Below are positions 38,048-48,560 of a stretch of 64,000 nucleotides of DNA, piece by piece. Position numbers and translations under genes: made by a program. A model generated the notes under the pieces. It ran no database searches. It saw only the letters and a program-made list of their open reading frames with translations, and was not told where the DNA came from. Location of the stretch: positions 7,846,358 through 7,910,357 of the forward strand of contig MU054187.1 in NCBI GenBank assembly GCA_013239625.1. The letters run 5' to 3'. This DNA comes from Lama guanicoe. Its lineage: Eukaryota. Position 1 is the stretch's first letter; every line of letters starts with the position of its first letter.

Positions 38048-38241
38048 CTGTGTGTCCAACCGGTGAGTGGCCGCGGTGAGGACACGATGAGAAACTGAGT
38101 GAGAGTTCAGGTTGTGTGCTGGTATTTCCAGAGATGCCTGCAAAGGGTAGAGCGCCCCTCTTCTCATCCTTTGAGACGTAAGTCCAATAGGATCCATTAC
38201 TTCGTATAATGACAGAGTTCAAACCGGAAGCAATTCTTCAC
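38048..38241 (-). other. Candidate spliced exon (194 nt) of an unidentified transcript
   Basis: Acceptor with pyrimidine tract ttttcttttcttcttttttaagattattgcctacag|G and consensus donor CAG|gtaagc; all three frames stop in the first 45 nt, then an ATG in strong Kozak context at 38197. Confidence 0.35.
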
Positions 38242-39179
38242 CTGTAGGCAATAATCTTAAAAAAGAAGAAAAGAAAAATCATTTCTGAATCCTCCATGAA
38301 TATATACACATTCAAGTTAGATTTGTCCCATAACTACCAAAGCAAGCGACTTAACAAACATGCTTTCTCACCACGTGCTCTTACTATAAAGGGGCATGCA
38401 ACGGGGGGCACAAATTCCACTCGGTGGTCTGGCTTTGAGTTGAGGCTTAAGCAGCCGTCACCCCCAATTCTTTATGCCTCTCCCTGCTAGTCTTCAAAAG
38501 GGGGCCCCCCCAAGACTTTCTTTATATTCTACCACTTTCAATCCTTGACACATTTTTCACACTGAAGTACAGTAGGATTCTGTTTGTTTGTTTGTTTTTG
38601 GTTTGTTTGTTTCAACTCCTGGACTTTTCAATAATTTTTATTCTGTTTATTTGAAGTAGGAAAAAAAAAAGTTCGCTTTGGTCTCATTTCTACCCTAGCC
38701 TTTCTGGTTACCTTATCTTAAACCTAAGTTTTTGGTCACATATTGCCTCAAATAATCTCCTTTTATTAACATAGGCAGAGACAGATAAACATCTGTGACG
38801 GAGGGGGAAACAGAACTGCTTTTAAGAAGGAAAAGAGCCATTCAGCTGTCCTTAGCATAGAATGATACGAAAATAAGTTTCCATCTTTAACCTTCCAGCC
38901 AGCAACGCGCTCTGCTGGACTCACCTCCCTTAAAATACAATCTAGTTTGACTGTTTAGCAACCATCTGAGCCAACAAATTAAAACTCTTAGTTTTTAATC
39001 AACAGAGTGTTTTTGGTTTTGTTTCTGGTGTTTGGGGGTTTGTGTGTATGTGTGTTTGCATGATTTGGGAGATCTATAAAGAGATCTACAGGATTGTTAT
39101 AGAAATTGCTGTTCAGAGCTTTCTTAATCTGGAAAGAAGTGGTTATGAATAAGGATGTACAAGTCACTGTCAGTTTTCT

Positions 39180-39450
39180 TCAAGCTGGTCCGTGTCTGTT
39201 TATCCTTTTGCTGTATGTGATGACACGCATTGCAGTCTATGTGAAAATGTCCCATCCGCCAGTAGGGAAAGCTTAATAATTTATTTGCAGTCCATCTTCC
39301 TCCAGACAAGTGCATGCCATCTATTTGCTGAGTTGTGTAACCAGCTCTCAGAGCAGGCACATGGTCGGCTGCAAATGGCTCTTTCTGACATCTTTCCATT
39401 TCTCATGGTATTGATATGCAGCCCCTGAAAGGCTGTTCTGCATTTTCAAA
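39180..39450. promoter_or_regulatory. Candidate enhancer-like non-coding block
   Basis: No recognisable repeat; forkhead TGTTTAT, TAAT cluster, E-boxes CACATG and CAAATG. Confidence 0.3.
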
Positions 39451-39789
39451 ACAAAACAGAGGTGAGGAATCAATTGTGTGATGGTTGGGAGGAAAGGTCA
39501 CGACCTTGATTATAACTGTCATTTTTGAAGGGGAAATTATAGATGTGAAATTCCTCAAGGTCAGGTCCAACACACAGTACATCTAACTCAGAAGGGTGTT
39601 CTCTGGTCTGTGGGTAACTGCTCAGAGTCTTCCAGCCTAAACTAAGAGGGAACCTGCAGGCATTCTCTGTGCCGTGGTCAAAACTCCTTGCTCCTCTGGG
39701 AGATCCCTGCATTGGATAAGGAGGAAGATGTATTCATAAAAGGGCCTGAATTAATCTGACCTTGAAGAAAAGTTAAGAAAATTATTGGA

Positions 39790-39803
39790 TTTCTCTCTTT
39801 CTC

Positions 39804-39851
<48 letters not shown>

Positions 39852-39903
39852 TCCTTCTTTCTCCCTCCCTTCCTCCCTCCCTTCCTTCCTTCCTTCCTTC
39901 CTT
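39790..39903. repeat. (CTTT)n/(CCTT)n polypyrimidine microsatellite
   Basis: Uninterrupted pyrimidine tract seen directly. Confidence 0.95.
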
Positions 39904-41339
39904 CCTAACTCTACTTTCATTTACAGACATCTAGGAACTTATTAATGTGATAATCTTGTGCTCTAGAATGAAATGCAAGCTAATCAAATGAAAACCCATT
40001 GGAGATTAGTTTGGAAACCACCCAGATAACCTCATATAAAGCCTCTTTACTCTGGTCTCAGGGCACAGACTCTAAGGGCAACATTATAGAAAGACCCTGA
40101 TGTGCCTCTGTGTTCTCCTGTAGCCAACATCACCTTCCTTTTGTCTTCCTGAATCACTAAACTTCAAAAGGTTAAGAGCATTTGACAGACACCTGTCTGT
40201 GGGAACTCCAACAGAGCCTCTGGAAAAGAAAACGAGAAGAAAACCAAAAGAATCACCTAGACATATGAAATTACTTCATAGTATATTCTGATGATTATCA
40301 CCCTGGTTTCATTCAGACTCACGGCGAGTGCTTATTTCCATCGCTCGGAGGAATTATTTGGCAGAATAAAATCGCATTCTCCCTCCCACCTGCTTCAGCA
40401 GAGATTTTACATACTGACCGCATGTAATATCATGCCACACTGAGAAGCGCGACGTTTCAGACTCCTCTCCGGTGTCTGTCCCAAACACTAAGAAACCGAG
40501 GGGCCAATGTTCTTTTGAGCTGAAACTTAGTCCTTGTACTTTTGTAGTCAGTTTTAAGAAATCTCAGAATTATAATTTCATACATGGAATCACCTTATGT
40601 CAATCACCTTGGGATGACATCTTAATGTCCTTTAGAGACAGAAATCCTTTAAGTACAGCTGGACATGTGGCTCTTGGGGTGAGCTATGCAACCTACACAG
40701 GGATTTTCCATCATAAGTGACTTCCCTTCTACTACCTGGTACCACGTATTTATATTCTACACAACATTTGGTTCTTCTCAGTCATTATATGGAAAAGGAA
40801 TTAATTAGATCTAGCACACCAAAAGACACATGGTCCATCTTGGCAATGTGCTACCTTTTTGAACAAAGATAGAGGTTTCTCTTCCTGTCTATACCACTTG
40901 GGTTCTTGATGGGAGCCCTGCAGAGCATGTTCAGAAAGCGTGGAGCCATCCTATATCTATTCATGAGGGAAAACTATTCTAACCCAATTGAATTCTTTAC
41001 AGTCGGTGTTGAGAGAGCACAGCTCGCTCGCACATCATTGAGAGCACATATTGGTCCCATTGTGCTGCTGTCAGCAAAAGACCTTAATGAGCTTAGAGAG
41101 TGATATGGATGGTACAGAAGATGCTATCAATCAGACGTGGCACCAGTAAAGTATAGGAGAGAAAGAGGATGAAAAGATGGAGGAGAAGGAGAATGGGGAC
41201 AAATTCAGAATACCAAGATGATACAAATAAATGGTTTCAGTTTGGAGAGTGAAAAATTATACTTCCATAAGCCAAAAGATAAAAATTCTATATGGAAGTG
41301 GCAAGAGTGTTCAGGGTCAGAGATTTTATCCTGTCCGCA

Positions 41340-41640
41340 CTTAAAAAGTTTGGCCACTACTTTCATGGATTCTAGAACTTTATGACATGTAGCCCCACAG
41401 CAGGGTGAGTTTCAGTTTCAGGTTTGGCTCTTCCCCTTCCCGGCCCCCCAAGTCCCTGCAGGGTGGCAGAGAATGTTGCCTACACAGGGGGTTTACATTA
41501 CAGCTAGGGAATCCTGAGCTAGGAAACCCAAATCTTTTACCAAGCAAACCTTCCCAAACTTTATCCTAGAGGGAGGCATAATTCTTATTATCCTGGACAG
41601 CAGACAAACCTGGCCTCTGCTCCAGAGGGAGGCACTAGGT
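41340..41640 (-). mobile_element. ERV-type LTR fragment (MER89-like; family tentative)
   Basis: ggaatcctgagctaggaaacccaaatctttta...agagggaggcataattcttattatcctggacagcagacaaacctggcctctgctccagagggaggcacta. Confidence 0.6.
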
Positions 41641-44600
41641 ATGGAAAGAGATAATTCAGGTGAATTCTGCTTCGAAATAAGATGAAGTCTCGCTGCACTT
41701 AATGCTTGTCAGCGCCGTTGTCTTCACAGTTACCCGAAAACCTTTCCTAGCTCTTGCAATGTCTTACTTGTAGGCGGAGATAGCAACATTTTGTAAAATA
41801 AAAATACAAATCTTGGAAGGTTGAAATTTAATCACTGTGTTAGCTAATCACTTGTTTCTTGGTTTTTTGTTTTTTTTTTGACTCATTATATAATCTCTTG
41901 TTCTCTAGGCAGGATGGAAACATATGGTTTCTCATTTCAAAGAAACTGTCTTACTAAACATGTACTATACACCTACATATAAGCATTTCACAAATATATC
42001 ACTCAGGTTATTATAAAAAATACATTTCTCCTGGACAGTATGCTAATTTCATGATCGTGGTAGGAACATGTTTTTAAAGTAACCACTGACACGTCTATGT
42101 TTGTCTCATAGGAAAGACAGATGTTACTCCTTTCTTGAATTTTACATTAGAATAATTGTACAACTGAATCAGTTCTATGGGTGATGAAATTGAGTTCCTG
42201 ACTGGTGGTGATATCTTGACATACCCCACTCTAAACATAGGGAGGAAGACAGATAAAGAAGACAGATGAAGACAGGTTTCTCACATCTCTATTTTGTAGC
42301 AACTGCTTCAGCAACAGGAGGATTGTGAACTGGGTTTAGAAAGTGTTTAATAACTACTCCATGGTGAACAATGCCCTCTGGAACCAGATACCTGCAGCGG
42401 GGGTTAGAAGCTACTCGTCTACCTCACATAAATAAATGTATTATGTCTGTGGGACAGAAAAATATGACAAGAAGTCATTTCTCAGCATGAACTTTGAAAC
42501 TAACGCTATCATGATCATCTCTCCTGAAAACTACTTAGAGAAGTTTCTTTCAAAACAAACTTCATTAAAAAACTAAATATACTCAATCCATTTCTTGCCT
42601 AAGAGAAAAAACTCGATACCTTAAGGCCATTAGGTCTAGAATTTCCTTCATCATTAACACCGATTCGTTTTGCTTTCACATTTAGTGCTGAAAAAAATCT
42701 GGGGTTAATTACTGGATTATTCTCATTTACATCAAAGATGTTTCGTTGCTCCCAGGGCTTTAGAATTTAAGATAGTCATTTGAGAGGAATAGGTAACAGG
42801 AATTAAAATTAATAAAATAATGTTTTCAAACATCTTCTTTATGTAGTTCATTAGTTTAAAAATGGTTCTTTGCATTGAATCAATATATTGAAATTGAAAA
42901 AGATGAGATGGACATAAAATATAACCACCAAATCGTGTAGGCGATGCTATAGGTCAAAGAGAAATCCTTTCTTCCAAGATTCGTCCAGTGCTTTTCAACA
43001 TAAAAAAATGCAATTAGGGCAATTAAATGTGTAATTTGAAAGGTCGACATGTATTCAGTTATAGAGGTGTTTCTCATTATCTTCACATAAAACTCTAAAT
43101 ATCTGTAGTCCTCCTCCTTTTGCAACCAATCCAGCAAATTGTTTTATATATATGTGTGTGTATGTTTTATACATATAACAATTGTTTTATATGTATGTCA
43201 AAAAATTGTAGCTCATATGTTTTCTTTAGCATATGATAAAATAAATTTGACTGTTTTTGTCATTGTGAAAACATTCTGAAAGTGTATCACATCAAAGCTC
43301 CACAAGGTAGAGACTGTTTATTTTGCTCACTTTTGTCTGCTCAGGGTTTGGCATGTAACAGGAACAAATTTTGCTAAATGAACTACTGTCGTGGCTATTT
43401 TGTGACAATGGAATTCTACTGAGAAGCAGGCACATTTTAAAGGCATCTTTTGTCAAATCAGTCTCTTCATCTGGAACTGTGAATCGAGTGGTCCAAATAG
43501 CTCCATATTTCTTGTCTGTGAGTCGTTTCCCCAAATGCATCCTGCTGTAATTCGAATAGCCTTTTTCTTTGTAGTGTATTTCAATGCAAACACTGTGAAT
43601 GGTTTATTCCCTCACTAATAAGTTGTCTCCTGTGGGAGACTTCAGAAGATCACCTTGTCCACACTTTACAAAAACATGCTAGTGTTGTTATTCTTTTCCT
43701 CTGATAAGTTATTTATGCTAGATTAAAAAAATGTGATCCATTGCATTGAAACTAAACTTGAAATAATACTTTAACTGATGCAGACTGTAAGATAATATTT
43801 AGTTAATTTTGACAATTTATTATAATCATAAGAGAAACTTGTTTTAGAACTAGACAAAATTAATTGGGTCAAGTGCATCTACCGTAAATTTGCAAATTCC
43901 CACACAACTAGAGTGTTGGCATATTTGAGTCCGATAACCACTGAGATATGCCAAAGGATACAGTGATCTCAGATGTTCTATTAGACAGAATGGTGGATTA
44001 AGTGCTCTAAACACGATCTGCCTTGTGTGTTCCTGCGTTTCTGCAGTAATAAAGAGACGTCCACGTGTTCTCCCATAGCACGTCTTTTTCACCTTGTAGA
44101 CAACGTGATGCTGAGCAGAGTCATCGTGTGTGGACAACATGGCCCATGTATTTCAACCTGCCTCTGAATTGTTTTCACAAAATTGAAAAAGAGTAGAAAA
44201 ATAGATTTTTACTCTATTTGAATTTTCTTTGCATTACTAGATAAAACAAGATACCTACATATACTCTTCATGTTTATTACATGTATTCATTAAAATTTAC
44301 AATATTAGATATGTTTAAATATTTTGTAACTTTGGAAGGAGAGTTGTTTTTAGAGCCATAAAAATTTTGAGTTAAAATACAACAAACAGGTAATCTCATC
44401 CACCTGGAAATTACCCATTAACCAAAATACATATTCTCAATGAAATAATAGTATGCTCTTTTCCAGTGTCATTAAATCATATTTTAAAGAAAATACTTAT
44501 GAAATTGATTATATAGTATTGCAAATATTTATTCTAAAATACCAGAAGAAAAAATGAAACACATTTTCTACATTCTGAACACAGTTATGTGAAAGTGTCT

Positions 44601-45439
44601 AGAGAAAAATGACTGGAAGGAAGCACATAAAATAGTGAAATAGAAGTATTTTTTCTTTTATCCTATTATTATCTAATTGTTCTGCAAGTCCACTATTATT
44701 TTATAAATATATATAAAATGCAACTTATTTTTAAAATGCAGGTTTAATTCTTTGGTTGAAATTTTTTTATTTTTTATTTTAAGTATCTCTTCAAGGTAAC
44801 TTGTTTTCTTGTTTTGATACTTTTGCTTTTGTGAACTTTGCAATTTTCCCTCTTATTCTTTTCTCATTTGCTTCTCAGAATTTTCTCTGGGTCCTCACTC
44901 CTTTCATGGTTCCTTTGTCTTCACTGCTTGCTCCTCCAGTCCTACCAGCTTTTGTCATATCCTGGGTCTCTGTTTTCATCTCTGCACTTGGTGACAGCTC
45001 AGCCAGTTTGCATCATCGACTTGCTATCATTTTTTCTGACTCTTCAGCCTCCACTATTTTTACAGATAGAATGTTAAATTAATAGAAAACAAATAGCTTG
45101 TTAACGATGTGATTTATCATCTTCTAATCTGCTCTCTCAAAGACCTTTCCCAACAATAGAAATTCTGTTGAGTCTGCGGTCCCTGAGGATTTATCTTCTC
45201 TCTGTATGTCCCGGAGGGTGCTGGCCAGCTTGTTCTGTCTTTCTAGTGTTTTGAAATTAACATCCACTTTTTTCCTCTTCCTCCTTTTCTTCTGCTTTCT
45301 ACTTTGCTTCCTCTTTCTCCTTCGCCCTCTCACATACCGCTGTCAGCCCCATCATCCAGCCTTTGTGTTTTTGAAAAGTTTGAAAATCGTCACAGTGGCT
45401 GAGAACAGTACCAAGGGACCCTTGAGGGAGAAGCCAAGT

Positions 45440-45640
45440 GATGAAGGCTGTGTTGTGAGAGGGGTCTTTAACGCAGACAGATCTGGGCCTACTCCCAGCT
45501 ACGGGACTTTGGTAAATGACCAGGTGACCTCTGTCAACCTTGATCCTTGCTGATTTTCAGATAGGAGCCATCACGTTCTCACAAACTGCTGTGGGCATCA
45601 AGTAGTGCACAGGTGAAAGCACTGTGTAAATTCTAGAGGC
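45440..45640 (+). mobile_element. MIR SINE
   Basis: cagacagatctgggcctactcccagct...gtgaaagcactgtgtaaa. Confidence 0.6.
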
Positions 45641-45649
45641 AGGACCGCC

Positions 45650-46140
45650 CTTGCCCTCTGCTGTCTGGCCCGTATCTGTTCCTTTCTCTCTCTTCAACGC
45701 TTTCCACTCTCTTCACTATGAAACTCTACACTCCAGCCGCACTGAGTACATGACTCCCTGGAAATGAAATGCCATGCTTTTCTTGCTGTTGGGCTTCCCT
45801 GGAATATGAGCAATCCCCTCTCAACATGGCAAAGTTTTCGTCATCTTTCAGATTTCATGGGAAATGTTGGCATCTCCAAAATCCTTCCCCTACTGCTCTC
45901 CAATCTACCCCATCCACAGCTGGGTTAGGGGATTCCTCTCTGTCCCCACTTGCCCTCGGTATTTTCTTGGTAACTTTCCTCACGTGATTCTTTACAGATG
46001 GTGTCTCATGAGCTCGCTAAGCTATGACTACTTTTAAGGCAAGGATTCTGTCTCTTACCTTGCTACCCTAGTGTCTAATTATGTTTCTGATATGCCGCAG
46101 ACATTCGATAAACATTGGATGATTGAAAAATCAATGAATG
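45650..46140 (+). mobile_element. L2 3' end
   Basis: actctacactccagcc...catctttcagatttca...aaggcaaggattctgtctc...gataaacattggatgattgaa...tgaatg. Confidence 0.7.
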
Positions 46141-46479
46141 CCAATGAAATTATTTGCAGCAAAAGATTATTTACTCTTATTACTGCACTGAGTTGAACTA
46201 CAGAAAAATAGATCCCTCTCCGAATGGGTACTGCACATTTGCAACCAAGTAGCTGATTCCATAGTTGATATAAAGAATATCATACCGTGCATAGGCCTTT
46301 CCTTGGCGCTGAAACGGTACCCACAGGGGCCCTAGGAGAAAAGACTGTGGATTTCAGAGATGTCAGTGAGTTTGGTGATAAAGGAGGGGGAGAAAAAAGA
46401 TCAGCTAAATGTTAAATAATTAATATGAAATGTATGTGATCTCAAAATAGAGTAATTTGACTAGAACACAGTAAACCTG

Positions 46480-46960
46480 CAGAAAGGAAACCTAATAATT
46501 ACTGTTCACTTCCAGACAGTTCCTTGCATTGGATTCACATTGAGCTAAGGCTATCAGAATTAGAGGCAGCTGTATAATCCAGGCGCTGCGCAGCATACGG
46601 AATCAGACTGAGTGCTTGAGCGTCTGCACCCTAGGAAATTGATTTGACGACTATGTCAATTACTTTTGGCACCAAGCTTTCTGCGGGTTGCATTACAACT
46701 GCTCTTTTGGTCAGCTGTGACTGCTTCCCCATCCACGCCTATTGTTTTAGATTTATTTATTGCACCGGCAATCGTAAATCATGGACTTTTTCCTATACCA
46801 TCTGGAAACTCTGGTGTCGCTGTTTGGGTCATTTCTGATTACTTGCTCTTATTCCCAGCTACTGCTAAGGCCGATGTATCCTGAATTATGAAAGACTTCC
46901 GCCACAAGCTGACCTATTTGTGAGCAGCCTTTCAGCATCTACATATGTTTATTTTATCCA
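46480..46960. promoter_or_regulatory. Candidate HOX/PBX-responsive enhancer
   Basis: TCGTAAATCA (TGATTTACGA on the minus strand) at 46772-46781, TGATTTGAC at about 46640, TTTATT motifs, retained CpGs, no repeat. Confidence 0.45.
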
Positions 46961-47884
46961 ACACAGAGCTGGGTAAAATAAAAGTTGTCTTCCCCAACCC
47001 TCTAGGGATTTATTCCTTTACGTGAGATGCTGAATTTTTAAAGCTCACAATTTGCCTAACAATTTGCTTACTAACCCTCTGTACATTTCCATTATTCTCA
47101 CAAGGTCAAGTTTAACAGAATGATTATCACTTTTTCCTTGGTGCCGGGAATGTAATTTTCCCAATATTCTCACCCAATTTCAATCTCTACCAGAATATTC
47201 CATTTTGAGGCTAAAATTAGAGTGAAGGTTGTTACTTTGTTTTGTTTTAGTTTTTGTTTTGGGGTTTTGTTTTGACTTTTTTGTTTGTTTGTTTTTGTTT
47301 TTTATTTTTTTCAAATAGTGCTTAAATAATGAGGCAGACACACTTTTTGTCTTTCTGTATTCTGGTGTTCACGATCCTAAAAACTGGGGTTAATTACTCT
47401 ACTGCTTTCCTGACAAGCTCACCCAAAAACATCTTAGCAGTGTTCTTTTTCTGACCAAATGACGCTGACGCCTACCTGTATCGACAATGTCAGCAGATTA
47501 CTTTCATTTTACGCAGATGGTTCACTGGCAGTCCAGATCAAATCTGAAACTGTGCTATCAAGCAGTTTTTATCTAGAGGAGCAATTTGAATATTGGAATT
47601 TTGTTGAATTTCCCAGGCCACAGCTGCTTGCATCTGACATCTGCTTCAATTTTTTGAGCAGCCAATTTTTTTTTTTCCTGGCAATCTCAAGGTTGAGTTT
47701 TGTAGGGCTGTGTTCATAGCTACTTAGTCCTCATCAAGGATCCTTCCCTCAGTGATAATCCACATTGCACATTGTAGAATCCTGACTGTTCTCTACTGCT
47801 CCTTTTTTAACATCAAATGTCACCTTAACTCCGAGTAGGCAGATCTCCATTTTCCTACAACTTTTACCCGTACAAGAAACTTCA

Positions 47885-48045
47885 GGGCGGTAGAGTATAG
47901 CTCAGTGGTAGAGTGTGTGCTTAGCATGCATGAGGTCCTGGGTTCAATGCCCAGCACCGCCACCAGAAAGTAAAATAAAATAAACCTAATTACCTCCCCC
48001 CACCAAAACAAAAGCTTTTAAAAATTTTTAAAAATTAAAAAAAAA
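47885..48045 (+). mobile_element. Camelid tRNA-Ala-derived SINE (vic-1 type) with intact A and B boxes
   Basis: A box TAGCTCAGTGG 47898-47908, anticodon-loop-like cttagcat, B box GGTTCAATGCC 47941-47951, same cctaattac...ccccc body as the 21032 copy, A-rich tail. Confidence 0.93.
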
Positions 48046-48279
48046 TTGATTTCATTAACTGTCATTTGTTGGAATCACTATCAAACTGAAGGGAGACAAA
48101 TGATGTATGTATCCTTGTTAGAATTTTCTTAAATAAGTCATTCATGAGTCTTCAGTAGATGTAGGAACAGTACGTGATTTTCTCGTTACTCAAGGATCCT
48201 AGAGACGCTACAGGATATAAGGGTATTTGTTTTCTCCAAGACAAAGCCCAGTGAATGTGGTCTAATTAACTTTACATCT

Positions 48280-48560
48280 TGCTACATGAAACCTACCATT
48301 TCACAACTTTGACAGTGGTGCCTGCTTGCATAATGTCATGTCAAATGACATCTGGTCATTTTCTGTTAAGCTAGCGATGCAACGCTCCAAAAAGACATGA
48401 TGTCATCCAGGCAACATAGTAGATATTCGAAAAACTTCTTCCCTGTTTGTTGCTTCACCGTCACCCTTTCAAAATGCAGAGTGACACAACCGATGTGTCA
48501 ACTGGTAAATTTGAGGTTTGAAGTGGTAAGACGTTTCAGCAATTGCTGGTTTCTAAATGA
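48280..48560. promoter_or_regulatory. Candidate TALE (MEIS/PREP/TGIF) motif-rich enhancer
   Basis: Seven TGACA/TGTCA motifs between 48310 and 48500. Confidence 0.4.

Noticed and set aside
37649..38197. Unspliced 182-aa ORF as a known gene
   Set aside because: No recognisable homologue; its length is helped by the GC-rich patch; kept only as part of the speculative spliced model
39678..39920. K/E/R-rich 80-aa ORF
   Set aside because: Translation of the (AAAG)n/(AAGG)n microsatellite
42244..42276. Three copies of gaagacag as a CRISPR-like or functional array
   Set aside because: Short local slippage duplication in a mammalian genome; no spacers or cas genes
43165..43197. AT-rich near-palindrome as a miRNA hairpin
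   Set aside because: Low-complexity (TA/TG) sequence, too short and unstable for a pre-miRNA
47885..47962. tRNA-Ala(AGC) gene
   Set aside because: The acceptor stem is imperfect and the head is followed by the SINE body and A tail shared with the 21032 copy; it is a SINE, not a tRNA gene
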